Shown here: piece after piece, positions 12,222-25,934 of the stretch
How positions within the stretch are numbered: the first letter of the stretch is position 1
Layout of the letters: the number at the start of each line of letters is the position of its first letter
Origin: Euprymna scolopes
Taxonomy: Eukaryota
Direction: 5' to 3' (one strand)
Length of the DNA stretch: 45,230 bases
NCBI GenBank assembly: GCA_053919585.1
Contig: CM132795.1
Made by a program: the position numbers and the translations under genes
Notes under the pieces: model-generated
Database searches by the model: none
Told to the model about the DNA's origin: nothing
What the model saw: the letters and a program-made list of their open reading frames with translations, nothing else

Positions 12222-12739
12222 ATAAACTTTCTAAAACATTCTTTGTCTTGCTTAGAATAATAAAAATTCTTTGATATGAAACTCAACCACTTCATTTCAT
12301 TTCAATAAGAGTTTTTTGAAATTCATTGAATTACAGTTTAATTTATTTGCTCTATCTTGCATATCGAGCAATTCTTGTTTAGATGGGATAACTTATAGAA
12401 TATTACTGCCAGTAATATTTTGTAAACCTACAATCTCATGTTTACATAACCACTGATTGTTAANNNNNNNNNNNNNNNNNNNNNNNNNNNNNNNNNNNNN
12501 NNNNNNNNNNNNNNNNNNNNNNNNNNNNNNNNNNNNNNNNNNNNNNNNNNNNNNNNNNNNNNNNNNNNNNNNNNNNNNNNNNNNNNNNNNNAGTAAACTA
12601 CACAAGTACGGCCATTCAACTAGCCACAAATCAAAGTTATAACTGTCGAAAATTAAAAGACTTTACAAACGCATAAAAAAGCACTCGCACACACGCGCGT
12701 GTGCACTCTCTGTCATACACACGCACACACACGCATATA

Positions 12740-13184
12740 TCTATATATCTATAACAGTGAACGTGTCTGTCTGTCTGTGTGTCTGTGTGTCTGTCTGTCT
12801 GTGTACATTTCCCTACGCAATCACTCTGTCAATTTTTAGTCTATAGACTCGAAATTTGAAATACCGGGTACTGAGATTTGAGAAAATCGATGTGACGGGT
12901 GTCAGCCAGAAATTTGGCTGTTAAGGGGTCAAATTTCAACGATTTGACCTTTAAGAACTCTACCAAACTCCTCCGACAATTTTGGGTCTAGATACTTGAA
13001 ATTTTAGATTTAGGTTCCTTGAACCTGGATCTAACTTAATAAAGTGATTTGAGCCCGAAATAATAAATTTTAAGGGGTCATAATAGGGGTCAAAGTTTTA
13101 AAAAATTAACCATTTTTTTGTTTTTTTTGCTTTTTTGCACAGCATACACCTCCAAACACCGAGCAACGCCGGGCACCCCTGCTA

Positions 13185-13185
<1 letters not shown>
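12740..13185 (+). mobile_element. Non-autonomous Helitron
   Basis: A|TC 5' end, (GTCT)n-like repeat, 3' hairpin CCGAGCAACGCCGG, CTAG|T end. Confidence 0.75.
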
Positions 13186-13245
<60 letters not shown>

Positions 13246-13248
<3 letters not shown>

Positions 13249-14544
13249 GGTGAACAGAAAGTCCTTGGACCATTTTAGTTTTAAAATTAAATATTGTTAA
13301 AAACACTTTTTCTCTTTTCGAATAAAGTATGTATTTAGTCTAACTATTGGTCTAAGTATTTTCAACAAAAATATTAAAATAATTTTGTTTAAACTTTCAG
13401 AAAAATTAGAAAACAAGAGGCCATAATTCAGCTTCATAGCGCGGGAAGGACAAACTCAGAGATTATTAAGCTCTTGAAAGTGGCTAAATCCACCGTGTAC
13501 CATGTTGTGAACAGATTTAAGGAACTTGGTATATCTGAAGACCGTCCTAGGAGTGGAAGACCTCGCACTTCTCGAACAAAGAAGGTGATTAAAGCTGTCC
13601 GAGAGAGGGTAAGGAGGAACCCGAAGAGATCTGCAAGACAAATGGCTAAAGACATGAATGTGAGCGTGACCTCGATGAGAACCATCGTAAAAAACGATCT
13701 CCAGTTGTCCCCCTACAAGATGAGAAAGAGACAGTACCTCACACCTGCCCAAAAGCACAAGAGAATTGAAAGAGCAAAGCTTCTTCTTGGAGAACTGAAG
13801 GCTGGCACGGCAGAGCGAGAGATCGTTTTTTCTGATGAAAAACTCTTCACAATTGAAGCGACTGTTAACAATAAGAACGACAGAGTTTACGCAAAATCTT
13901 CAGCAGACATTGATGACTCCGTGAGAATAGTTTTCCACCGACAAAAGCCGTCTTCCCTCATGGTGTGGGCTGCAGTCTCCAAATCTTGGAAGTCGCCTCT
14001 GATTTTCGTTGAGCAGGGGGTTAAGATCAACACAGATCGCTACATTAACGATATTTTGGTTCCAGCATTTGAAGAGATGAAGAAACACTTCAAAGATCAG
14101 CCTTTCACCTTCCAACAAGATGGAGCACCATCCCACACCTCCAGAAAATCTCAGGACTGGTACCAACGTCATTTTCCAAGATTCTGGAGTAAGGAGATTT
14201 GGCCTCCTGCATCGCCTGATTTGAATCCCATGGATTTTTCGGTGTGGTCTTTGTTGGAGGCAAAGTCTGTTCTCTTGCTCATCCAAGTGTTGATGCTTTG
14301 AAGACATCTCTTCTGAGTGAATGGGCTAAAATACCTCAGGAAACGCTGCGTGCCTCGGTTGGTAACTTCAGATAGAGAATTGAACGTCTAATCGAAAGGA
14401 AGGGACATCACATTGAAAATAAATAATTTGAATTTATTCTTCGTTTCCTAACTTATAATTTTCATTCATGTTTAATTTATATTTTTGTAATTTTCTATTA
14501 ATAAACCACTTTTGAATTGGTCCAATGACTTTCTGTTCACCCTG
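13246..14544 (+). mobile_element. Full-length Tc1/mariner transposon, DD37D (maT) family
   Basis: 27-bp TIRs CAGGGTGAACAGAAAGTC(C/A)TTGGACCA at 13246-13272 and 14518-14544, TA on both sides, 1299 bp. Confidence 0.95.
13405..14426 (+). pseudogene. DD37D transposase pseudogene
   Basis: HTH region, RSGRP, FSDEK, QQDGAPSH and WPPASPDLNPMD with 37 residues between D2 and D3. Start codon apparently lost, 1-nt frameshift near 14265, TAG at 14373-14375, ancestral end ..GHHIENK* at 14426. Confidence 0.92.
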
Positions 14545-16555
14545 TATATAAAGATAGAAAACATAGTTTAAATCATTACGTAATCTTTTATTTAAAAGAA
14601 ACATATTTTAATTGGGTTTATTTCTAAAATTCTTTAATCCGATTCGCAAGATTTTTAAAATATAGTTATTCTTCAATAACGAACTAAATTGCAGCAGCTG
14701 CTACGGGATTAATAGAAAGGAGATTTTGCATGGATCTCTTTCAAATATAATATTGATTAAAATATATTTGCTAAAAGAATTACTTAACGTTTTTTATAAC
14801 CGTACAGAATCGAAACCAAGACGCCAAGCCATTAAAAACTACCGCAATCAGTGTCAGATACCTATCTGAACCAACAAACTTACGCATGCAGTGGAATATA
14901 TCGTACGTTTGTTTTAATTTAGTTCTTTATTTCTTTACAAATTTTACAATACTGGCAAAAAAAAATGGATTGATTTTTGTTCAATGAAAAAAGTATTTTA
15001 TAATTTCAATTGAGAATTATTATTTCTTATACCAATATAAAACGCCCGTCTTTTTTACTTTTATTGGCTTTGATGATATATAATTTACAGTTTTACTTCC
15101 AAACATTTTGTCCTGTATTTTAAACAACTTTCATGTTCTTATTTCAGTAAGTTACTTTGTCTTTTCGTCAGTTCCCGAAAACCAGGTGCAACGTGTTTTA
15201 TGTTTACCGCAATTTACTTTTGTTTCCTTCTCGTTTCAGAATTATTTTTGGTTGCTCTATCCAGTTTCTTCTGTATATTGATCTTATCCAATATTTTCGT
15301 TTTGACTTAACCTACACTCATTTGTATTGTATTTCTTCTTTCTTCATGTTTCATACATGCGTTGCTTCGTTCATGTTTTTCAGATAGGTCTTATTACAAC
15401 AAAAAATAAACTAAGTAACTTCAAGTAACTTTCACCTTCTCGAGTTAGCATTCATTGCTGTCTTGTTTGTATTACTCTATTATTTTATATCCCCCACCTT
15501 TACTATCTCCCCCTCCCTCTCATTTTAACTTAGTAGTTACCATCTTCATATTGCCAAAACAAGGTATGGTTACGTACAGGCGTGCCAGAATTAACTGGAA
15601 GTAATACATTTTTGGTTCATCAAACACCTTAACTGTGAAACCCTAAGATGGAATACTGTCGTCGCACCCAGGGATAGAAATAACGTACAGAGTACTCTTT
15701 TTGATATGACAGTGCGCAAAATCGACTACAGAATCTAGAGAAAGCGAATCTCTTTATTCTGAAGTCTTTTTTTATAGATAAAACATTACTACCCACCGTT
15801 TTCTCTCTCTCCTCTTGCCTTATTTTTAATGTAGGTACTTGCCTGAGCTTCAATTTTGGATTCATCCTTCTAAGACATTGGCAAAAAAAAAAACTCGTAC
15901 TGTTACAACATTGTGACTACCATAAGCCGGAATTTCAATGGGCAGTTTGCTTGCTTCCTGTGTATAGAAAACCTTACCGCAGTACTGTTTTCATGCTACG
16001 TACACTTAGCAATCTTCAAAACCAATTTCAACAAATTGTTAATCTAAACAACTTGAAAACTAATCAGATGCTGTTTGATTAGTTTTACTGTCACCTGCAC
16101 ATTGATCAACATTAGTGTTTCCATAGTACTCCTCATCCTTAGGCTGATAATCGTAACGTCTGATTAACCCTAAAATTTAAGTGCTACTGCCCCTGAAAAG
16201 TAGTATAAACCAATAGTAAAAACAAACTTTAACCACATATTAATTTGCAAAAAAAAAATGATGTGGTAACCGCTTATTCATGACGTAGCTTATATTTAAG
16301 TAACATTGCAAATCTCCAACACCCTTTTTTACCTTGATCGTTTTGGATGCAATAGTTTTAAAAATTACATTGCAGTTACCACTGGGAATACTATGTAGCC
16401 TTCCATAAAGGATAGAATACTGGCACTGTCTTGAAACGTTTAATATATACAGTTTCATTTCACTCATAATAAGAGCGCATCATAAATTCTGTCAAAAGCA
16501 TTCATATTTTTTATCCCACCTGGCAGTACTTGCATGTTTAGTAACACTATTCACA

Positions 16556-16600
<45 letters not shown>

Positions 16601-16715
16601 GTTATTACAAGAACAGTCTTCTGTTCTTGTAAGGGAGTAAATATCAAATAGGGTAGTCAAGGATTCGAACTTGCGAAGCTAGATTTGGAATTGAGAATTC
16701 CAATCATAAGTTAAA
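16556..16715 (-). mobile_element. Possible tRNA-SINE relic with (AAT)n tail
   Basis: B-box GTTCGAATCC on the minus strand (16661-16670); plus-strand (ATT)n run at 16556-16600 lies downstream on that strand. Confidence 0.35.
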
Positions 16716-16928
16716 ATAAATACAGAATGTTATTGAAAATAAGGAATGTGGAATTGCCATTGTTTAGCTCACACAAAAGAGTTAGATATCTGTTTATTGA
16801 AAAAGGAATGTAATGATGAAATTTGTTTCTGTTATAAAAATGAAAATTGAAATAAGGAATTTAAAAACGGACAATGGAAAATGTTATTTGTAAAGTGGGT
16901 TACGAAAATTAGGTTAGAGGGTCAGCTT

Positions 16929-17288
16929 TGTAAGAAACACGTAAATAACAATGCATGCTTAAACACGGAGGCATGTCATGCCATGTGTTCTTAGAGGCAC
17001 GGGCTTGATCATGCAGTGACGTCATGAGTTATAAATTTAGTTAGATAAGTCGGAATCAGAATCAATCAGTTAGAAGAAGCGAGAGGAGTCCGTGGAGGGA
17101 AGCAGAGAGGTTCAGACCGATTCTCCGTTAGAGTCAAGACACCCTCTGGAAGTGAGAGACTTTTAAAGATAACCATGTAACAACTTTGAATCCCTGAAAT
17201 ACAAAATCATGTCCGACCGGTCGAAGAATAAATAAACGTATCATCATGTGTTTTTTATAACTGCCGTCTTTCTGTGTTCATCATTACA
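16929..17288 (+). mobile_element. Possible solo LTR
   Basis: TGTAA...TTACA ends, TGACGTCA then TATAAA, AATAAA about 60 nt from the end; no TSD found. Confidence 0.3.
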
Positions 17289-17542
17289 ACGAGAAAGGTA
17301 TCGTGTTTATATTATATGTACAACTCTCAAACGTAGATGTCAAACGCACTCTCAGTCTATCTATCAAGATATTCAACAATCTCTTCTAGTTGAATTACAG
17401 GCTTGGTGCTCTTGTAGTAACATGTACACTGTCTATTATATATATATATACAGAACTGTCTCTTTATATATACCCTGTTTATGTCTCCAATATGCTATCT
17501 CTTACAAACATGATCATTTTAAGACAATATTAACACTCACAA

Positions 17543-17607
<65 letters not shown>

Positions 17608-18983
17608 TATCTAACATCTCACAACATGATCCCACACAGGAACACACTAAGACTCTTCCTAATACAGACTGTCAACGCCAAAGAATAATACATACGTCAT
17701 CTTAATACCAATTGCATAACATTATTATTATTTACAAAGGAATTATTCGGCTTCTCAAGAATCATCAGTGTATCTTTTATTATTACAATATAAATTTCGT
17801 GGCTCCCATCTACAGTCATCGCTGATGAACGTCCATTTTAATTATACATACATTATATATCATAAAATATCTATATTTCATATTCCACAATGTTGATCAT
17901 TTTACTGTTTACTTCTTCCAGCATAGTAAAATGTTCAATTGTTGACAGTACTTGTATTTTCCGCCCGGATTCACCAGAAGAATAAGAACTCATTAACTTT
18001 GAACCGAAAAGAAAAAAAAATCGGTCATGATTGCAGACATCTGAAAAAATCCAAAGAGTACTTGCAATTGTGATATTTACGCCATCTTGGATTTTTAGTT
18101 TTAGTTTTAGTAAGTGTTCGTACCAGCGAGTGTAATTAGTCTGGCATTGTCTTTCTTGTTCTCGGGTTGAGATACAATTCTGTCAGTTCTAGGAGGCCCA
18201 TCGTACTAGAATTTATCTTCTCTCTGAGACAGATACGTGTATTTCGAATCGTATGACGCGCCCTTAACTGGGGATACAAATAGTGTTGCTGAGACATTGT
18301 TTCTGAACCGGAGTTCGGTTTCCTACTGTGTTTGCTTAACCTAATGCGCTGACACGGTGACTAACTTCTAGAATAAAAGATTAATAATATAATACAAGCG
18401 TTACTTCTCAAGTGAAAATGCTTGAATCTAACATAAAATTGACAAATCGCATAACATTTAAAATTATCCCCAAAGTTGGGTAACCCTCAATTCTGTTTAC
18501 AAATAAATAATTTCAGAAAAAAAGACCATAATTTTCCCGTATTTACGCATGTTAATATATGATGCTTTCTGAATTTCTATTCAGTTGTACATATTCTAGT
18601 ATTTTTATACCATTTCTAAGGGAGCTGCTATTTAAAATTTCAGGTTTGCACATGACATTATCTTAGTGTGTCTCAACTTTCTGAATTCATCCTATATTTT
18701 GTTATAATAATACTGTTCAACGGCTGCTCTCTAATCAACATACATTTTTATAATTACTTATTTACTCTTATCTGCAAAATGACCACAATGCTAGTTTCTA
18801 TTGGAACTGGCTGAAAATAATTGTTCGTGGCAAGGTTGAAACGATACGAGAGTAATGTTTATGCGCAAACCAAATAAGTGTTGCTATCCAGAACCGAACC
18901 AACCATGTGTAACAAAGATGGAAAATACTGCGTTATGGTAAAAAAGTATGAGTTTAAAATAAAGAAGTCTAATAGACGTATTG

Positions 18984-19063
<80 letters not shown>

Positions 19064-19632
19064 TAAGAATGTCATAAGAAAGAGTTTGAATATCTGTGTA
19101 TTATTTGTAATCTGAGAAAGAACGTTGAAATATTCTTTTGTTTTATCTGATAGGTAATTGCCGAAAGAGATATTTATTAATACAAATTGCGTAGAATGAG
19201 AGTGTAATACGAACCCCCCTTTAGCTTAATATCTAATTTCTCAGTTATTATTAACTAATAAATTGAAGAACTTCTTTGACGCGGTTATCTTTAGACAGCT
19301 TTTAGAGCTTTAATCTGACAGGTTGGATATTTTTGAAGATTCGCTTTGCATATGTATATCATCCTTAAGGTAAATACTCGTGAATATATAACGGCTTATG
19401 CATTCATTCAGAGAATCGATTATTTATGAACCGAAAGAAAAAAGAACCGCAAGAGTAAAACACAATCAGATTAAAAGGTTAGACGAGGTTCTTTTGCAAA
19501 ATTGAATTGTAAAAAAGAAAAGGAAACAGAATAAATTCTGATATTGATTGTTTCGTCAATATTAAATCAGCGATCGAGGTATATAATATATTTGCTAAAG
19601 AACCTGTCGACTCCGGGTCATCTATACTAATA

Positions 19633-20261
19633 CTAGATAGTCCGTCCCTATTCACGTAGCCATAGATATCGTCGAGTTAGAAAATGAATTTAATCGTCGG
19701 TATTTTTCGATAAGTTTAACAGAACGCTGACTCGCTTATGCAAATGCGTGCGAAATGACGTCACCGGTAAAAATCAGACTACAAAAAAGAGAAATGGCAG
19801 GTTAGAGACGTGGGTTACGTTCGAGATTACGACTAATACACCGCTGACGTTCGAGAGTACGTTAAAGGTGAGGGTGACGTTACAGCCTTAACGAGAAGAC
19901 AGACATGGCAGGAAAATGAGGAAATAAATACCGTTGTTATAAAAAAAGAAGTCGAGTTATTACTTGCTTTATGTTCTTTGCAACGTGTACAGTTAAAACG
20001 TGTTGGGTCCCTTTCAAGTTATATAAAGGCGCAGTATGCAATTGAGAGTAGAATGACCCTATCTGAAATCAATCGCTCCCTTAAAAACGGAGCAATTGCT
20101 GGGAGAATGTTTTAAAAAATCAACAAAACCATTGATATCGTAAAAAATCTGCTTTATCTTTAATAACGACTATTAAACATAGGATCTTTAAATTTTTAAA
20201 TGATATCGGATTCTCCGAAGATAGTATTCACCTGTTGTCTGTACACCTATCTAAGAATAGA
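19633..20261 (-). mobile_element. Possible decayed non-autonomous Helitron
   Basis: Minus strand starts A|TCTATTCTTA and ends CTAG|T; subterminal hairpin is degenerate. Confidence 0.3.
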
Positions 20262-21272
20262 TATAAACGGAGATTTTTACTTCTAATTGTAATAGAAATA
20301 AGCCATTTGATAAAATTAGATATCCTAATAATGCTGATAAATGTGTATCGTTAAAGCATCTTTAATGGGAGCCTCACTAAAAAATATCAAAACAATATTT
20401 TTTTTTTCAATCTTGAATTGGAGCAGGAAACGAAGTGACTCACTTGTTTGCGAAGATATTTATTTCGGGTATTTCCGATGCGCACGTCTATATTTGAGTC
20501 CCAATTTATTTGCCCCCGAAAGCAAACAGAGGCAGACAATAGGTCGTTTATTTATTAATTTAGTAATATTATATTCGTAATGAAAATAATTTCAAAGTAT
20601 TAATTTTTAAAAATTATTTCAGTACTAGACGCTAATAAAGTGATAATAATATATGAATAATGATATGAAATTATGCTAGTACCCTTTAATTAACACAAGT
20701 CAATATATAAATATATAAATGTATATATATATATAAATGTATATGTATACACACACACACACACATATATATACATTTATACGTTTATATATATGAATCA
20801 ATGCATATGTTCTTGTGTGTGCAAATACTTAACTAATAAACTCTTTAACTACTGGCTACATAATACTGAATTTAATCAGAAATATTAATCATATACCAAC
20901 GAGTGTGTATAGCAATTGGACTCTTTGTTTGGCTTTATGAATAACGTGGACGAAAGTCGGTAAATTAAAATGTAATGTATTTAGTCAAATTTGCCGATAC
21001 TATTATTTTTTCGCATTTGTGAAATTAAGCATAAAGGTGGTTTATTTATAACTTCTGATCCATTTTTCAGGTTAAGTTAAACGGTAGCAAACATGGCTGA
21101 GGAATTAAATATTTAAGTTTCGATTCTAGCCGAAGGAACGAAGTCAAATTAAAATCTCAGTGTAATGACACAAAGTAACTTACTTTTAATGTTTCGATAA
21201 AGCAAACTATTTTTACCACAAGAGTCTTTTAGTGTAAATAAATATTTTCTGAAAACCGAAGAAAAACAAATA

Positions 21273-21309
<37 letters not shown>

Positions 21310-22741
21310 GTAAAAAATGTAAAATATCGATATATCAGATTGATTTTTATTTATAACTGCATTTGACCATTTGATCAAGAAAATTTACATGTTTAATTTT
21401 TTAATCAATACCATCAGATATGTAAACTCTTTTTTCGCATGGTGTGCATATCTCCCACATTATACCATATAGTCTAAACTGTATTTTTGTGTTTTGATAT
21501 TTTTATGAGATCTTTATTCGATGCAACACATGGTAAATAAGGTGCATTCGAAATATGAAGACGAATTCGGCCATTAAAAATCATCTAATCAAAACTTGCA
21601 TTTTTATGAGTTGTATTTTTTAATATAAAAAAAGAATAATCTGGTGTTTGCCTCTGTCTTCTCTGGGAAACAAGTGATCCGGACTCATATTTAAAACGGG
21701 GCATCAGAAATAACTGAATCACAATTAGCTAGATAATCGATAAGGCTGCGAACATATGTAACTATAAAACTTAAAAATACACTTTGGTCACAGGACGTAA
21801 CTATATTTCAAGAAATCATCACACGATTTTACTATATCAGAAATAATAAAAAAAAAGATGGATTCCTATGAGGTCAGTCATGTAAATTCTATTTATGCAT
21901 TGCCGAGCAGTCGTATCTTTTGATAACGTTCTAGAATTTCTTAATTCAAATAGAGTGTGCATTTGTCAAATTGCCCCACGATGTCGCGTAGTATACCATA
22001 ATAGAAATATTTCATCATATCCATTTTAATATACATTATACCTCTGAACTTTGTGTTTTTATCGGAATCTATGCATCTGTTTTCAATTGATGTAGAACAT
22101 TTCTAAATTTAATATAATTTTATTTTGTATTTACTTAGTTTTACTTAACATAATTTTATTTAATATAGTTTTATTTTACTTAATGAATTTACTTAAATTA
22201 AAAAAAAAAAAAACTTATATTCTGACTTAGGTAATTCTGACAGAATCTCAGAACGAAATATATGTTTTATTCCGAACATAATTTGTGGCATTTATAATTT
22301 AAATACAATTTTGACCATATAACTCTCCTTCAGATGGCGCATATATGGCATAATCTAAACGTTTAATATTCATAAACTCTATGCGTGAAATTAGACTGTA
22401 TTTCGGAAATAACGCATCAAGTGTTTGTATTGTTTGGATTCTTTAGGCTTTTCTGTCATTGTGAGTGTAATTTTCACAAAGTTTAATGTAACCTGAGCTT
22501 CTTTAAAAAATCGGAAGTATTTCTATCGAACTCGGAAAGCTGGACAAAATTTCGGACATACTCTTTATTTACTTCTCGGTGATAACATACCCTCACCCCG
22601 ACTCTCATAACTGATTAAAGGTCCTCAGCAATTCACAATTATATTTTTCGGTCACCCACACTGAGAATTAAACCTTCCCCCTTTAGGCAACTATCTATAT
22701 TACAATTCATTTATTCAAGTACTATGTATGACAAAAGCAAC

Positions 22742-22809
22742 ATCGCATGATGAGGTTACTACATGGTTACAACAATGAGACCGAAACATAATTGTGAATT
22801 TGTAGCGAT
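22742..22809 (+). ncRNA. Degenerate hammerhead-like motif
   Basis: ATGATGA 22747-22753, GGTT/GACC closing stem II, GAAAC 22783-22787, near-palindrome ACATAATTGT, flanking ATCGC/GCGAT. Confidence 0.35.
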
Positions 22810-22820
22810 ACACAAAGCTT

Positions 22821-22889
<69 letters not shown>

Positions 22890-23082
22890 CTCTACGTTGG
22901 TATTCAGTACTGTCATAAACCTCGTAAAATTAATTAGATGTTTTTCCTCTGGATNNNNNNNNNNNNNNNNNNNNNNNNNNNNNNNNNNNNNNNNNNNNNN
23001 NNNNNNNNNNNNNNNNNNNNNNNNNNNNNNNNNNNNNNNNNNNNNNNNNNNNNNNNNNNNNNNNNNNNNNNNNNNNNNNNNN

Positions 23083-23345
23083 TATATTCCTAAATTCATG
23101 ATATTGACTACCTTATTATTTATTCCTTTAACTCAGTTGAAATTTACAATTCTTGACGGTATCTGTTTGGTAGCGCGAAATCAATCCCTTGGTTATTATA
23201 TGAATTCGTGAATCTATTATTCCCGCAAATCATCAGAAGAAATAGCAGGAATAAACCCTATTAAAAAGTATTATTTGATATGACTAAAATTCGGAAATTG
23301 GAAGAGAAGCTGACAAATAACTTTAATATGTTTCCATTACGCCAT
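23083..23345. mobile_element. Partial copy of the palindromic MITE at 37721-38272
   Basis: Shares ATTTACAATTCTTGAC.GTATCTGTTT.GTA, GTGAATCTATT and ATCAGAAGAAATAGCA; bounded by gaps on both sides. Confidence 0.8.
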
Positions 23346-24161
23346 NNNNNNNNNNNNNNNNNNNNNNNNNNNNNNNNNNNNNNNNNNNNNNNNNNNNNNN
23401 NNNNNNNNNNNNNNNNNNNNNNNNNNNNNNNNNNNNNNNNNNNNNNNNNNNNNNNNNNNNNNNNNNNNNNNNNNNNNNNNNNNNNNNNNNNNNNNNNNNN
23501 NNNNNNNNNNNNNNNNNNNNNNNNNNNNNNNNNNNNNNNNNNNTTCGTATGGCCAACACATACTGTCTTTTTTTTAAGAGTGATTATGCTTCTCCAAGTG
23601 ATGTAACTTCAAGATTAGATGTATTCTTGTCCTAGAATCCAGTAAATAGCAAAAGACGAAAAAGAAAGACATTCAATAACATTCTAAAATGGTCAATAAG
23701 AAACGAAAAATTATGTTCCCGTCTTCTTTAATAACTCGGTATCTGAGAGGTAAAAGAGAAGTTTACTGGAATATTCGAATATATTAATCTCATATAGAAA
23801 ATATGTGTTATCCTTATGAAGAAAGATTTCTAAGAACTCCGACGGTGAAAATGTATATGTTATATAATGCATAAGAAATATATTTATTTATTCTCGTGTG
23901 TAAAATTTTTCTCACGATACCAGTATAGAAAAAGTTTACGCCAGTATTAAGAGACCAAAGTTTAATCTTCAACTAAACCTTAATAATTTTAATTGAAAAC
24001 AATACTTAATCAATAACATTGATTTTCCCGCGAAAGATTCATGCAAGAACAATGTCAATTTCAACAAATACTTTCTATATAGGGCAATGCACTTTGCTTG
24101 GAAGCCTTTCATGGTAGTTTCAAAAAGACCTTACCAAATACTCGCACAAACTTTAAAATTA

Positions 24162-24230
<69 letters not shown>

Positions 24231-24239
24231 AAATGGGTT

Positions 24240-25500
24240 AATAAATTCCAACGAAAGAAAGATGTATATTTAAATAAGGGAGTAGTCACCAACAATGTGT
24301 ATTTTTTAACATTATTTTATTATTCCGTGTCTTGGTTTTTCATTGAGAATTATGTTTGGATCATTGTAATAATGTTTTAAGTAATTGACATCGTTTACGC
24401 GCGTTTCAGACGGTCTGTGATGCGTCCTCGTCATAAATTATTTTCAAATGTGTACAAATGGCGATTTTCGTATTTAATTTGAAGTTTTTCCAAGGGGTGG
24501 AGGCTTGTAAGTGTTTATTATTCATTGGTATGTGAATTTTTATTGCTTTTTTATTGGGGTTGACCTTGCTGTAGTCGCTATCTCTTTCTGCTAATGTTTT
24601 TTTCTTTTCCTTTAGGATGAGGTAGGGTATGTGTATGTGTGTGTGCGTGCGTGTGTGTTTATGTGTGTGCTCGCGCGCGTGTGTGTGCGCACGCGCGTGT
24701 GTGTGCGTGTGTGTGTTTGCTTTTATTGGTTTGGGAATGTGTATATTGTTTTATAGTATTTTGGGGTTATTTGCTTCCTTAGGAAGGCGGCTGTTGTCTG
24801 AGGTCGTCACTAATGTGTATGTGTGGGGATGGGGGGACGTGCTCTTCTGAAATAAGGGTAGGGGTGCTTTCATTCTATTTTGATATTTATTTTTTGGATT
24901 CTTGGATTTTAGTATTGTGATTTTTCGTTTTAGTCTTATATTATGTTTGTTTAGAAAGAGGGGTGTATTTAAAATAGGGGATTTTTTAATGTTTCTATTT
25001 ATTTGTCTCCCCATGTGGGTATGGCCAGACCCAGGATCGGTTCCTAGTGTGGGGAAGATTTTGTTCCCCAGAGGGAGGGCATTGAAGGGGGTATAGCTAT
25101 GGGAGGGGGATGATAGAAGGGATGATAGTCGTTTCAGTCATGAGGGGGTTCTCTTCCACTGACTGAGGAGGGAGCGAGGTGTTGGAACAGATATTATACT
25201 ATGGTTCTAGGTGTCTCCTAGTGTTGTTGGTTTCGAGGTTAAGTAGGGTTGGTATTGTTCAGTGTGTTGTATTAGAGATAGGGGTGTTATGTCTGTGTGT
25301 GGTTGTATGCGCGCACGTGTGTGTGTTTTAATGTGTCGGTTCTGATTTATGTGTGGGTGTGTATATGTGTATGGGTGTGCATGCGAGTGTACCTTGCATT
25401 TCATGTTTTTGTGTGATGGTATTAGGTTCTGTTCAGTTCAGGAGTGAATCTGGTGATGAAGTTTTTTTCCTGTGTAAGTAAATAAAAATAATTGTCTGTT
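24240..25500 (-). mobile_element. Probable PLE-type 3' UTR remnant ending in a hammerhead
   Basis: Strong G/T skew on plus (mirror of the C/A-rich PLE body) and a hammerhead near its 3' end; boundaries approximate. Confidence 0.4.
24394..24437 (-). ncRNA. Minimal PLE-type hammerhead, C3A variant
   Basis: Minus strand: ATGACGA-GGACG-loop-CGTCT-GAAAC-GCGC-GTA; palindromic ACGCGCGT (24397-24404); stem I very short. Confidence 0.65.
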
Positions 25501-25534
25501 TGGAAGATTGGCATTATTTTGGAGCTGTTTCCAC

Positions 25535-25618
<84 letters not shown>

Positions 25619-25934
25619 CTTATACCATATTTTATCTTCCATTTTTATATACATTCAACTACTTATCTTACAATCGCTATTCGTTCATAAACTTATTTTT
25701 ATCATTTACGCATTTATCCGTACAGGTATCCAACTATCGCCCACATAGTTACTAATTAGTGTTACGTATTACTAATAAGTATTAAGATTCTCCACATATA
25801 TAAGTGTGTATATGTAAGAATCTGTATTGGTGTCTGTATGTATATTTGTATACATTTGAATAGCTTTGCTTAAAATACTATTATCATTAACGTACCTATC
25901 TATATGCATGTATATGCATCTATATGTATATGCA

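Larger units (their letters stand above)
7563..12342 (+). mobile_element. Penelope-like retroelement, Naiad-type, 5'-truncated, with inverted pseudo-LTR
   Basis: RT plus GIY-YIG ORF, about 2.2 kb 3' UTR, and a 213-bp near-perfect inverted repeat (7563-7775 vs 12130-12342) containing a hammerhead. Confidence 0.92.

Noticed and set aside
7933-14307. Antisense ORFs over the PLE and maT genes
   Set aside because: Shadows of the sense coding frames with no motifs
15130-15185. Minus-strand CTGACGA...GAAA
   Set aside because: No stem II, stem III or NUH pairing
17740-17835. CTGATGA matches (minus strand near 17765, plus strand near 17822) as hammerheads
   Set aside because: No properly placed GAAA or stems I and III
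18100-18410. Second solo LTR
   Set aside because: Only AATAAA and composition support it; no TG..CA pair with TSD
19738-19885. Promoter (octamer ATGCAAAT, CRE TGACGTCA, repeated ACGTTCGAGA)
   Set aside because: Short motifs inside a probable repeat, with no linked gene
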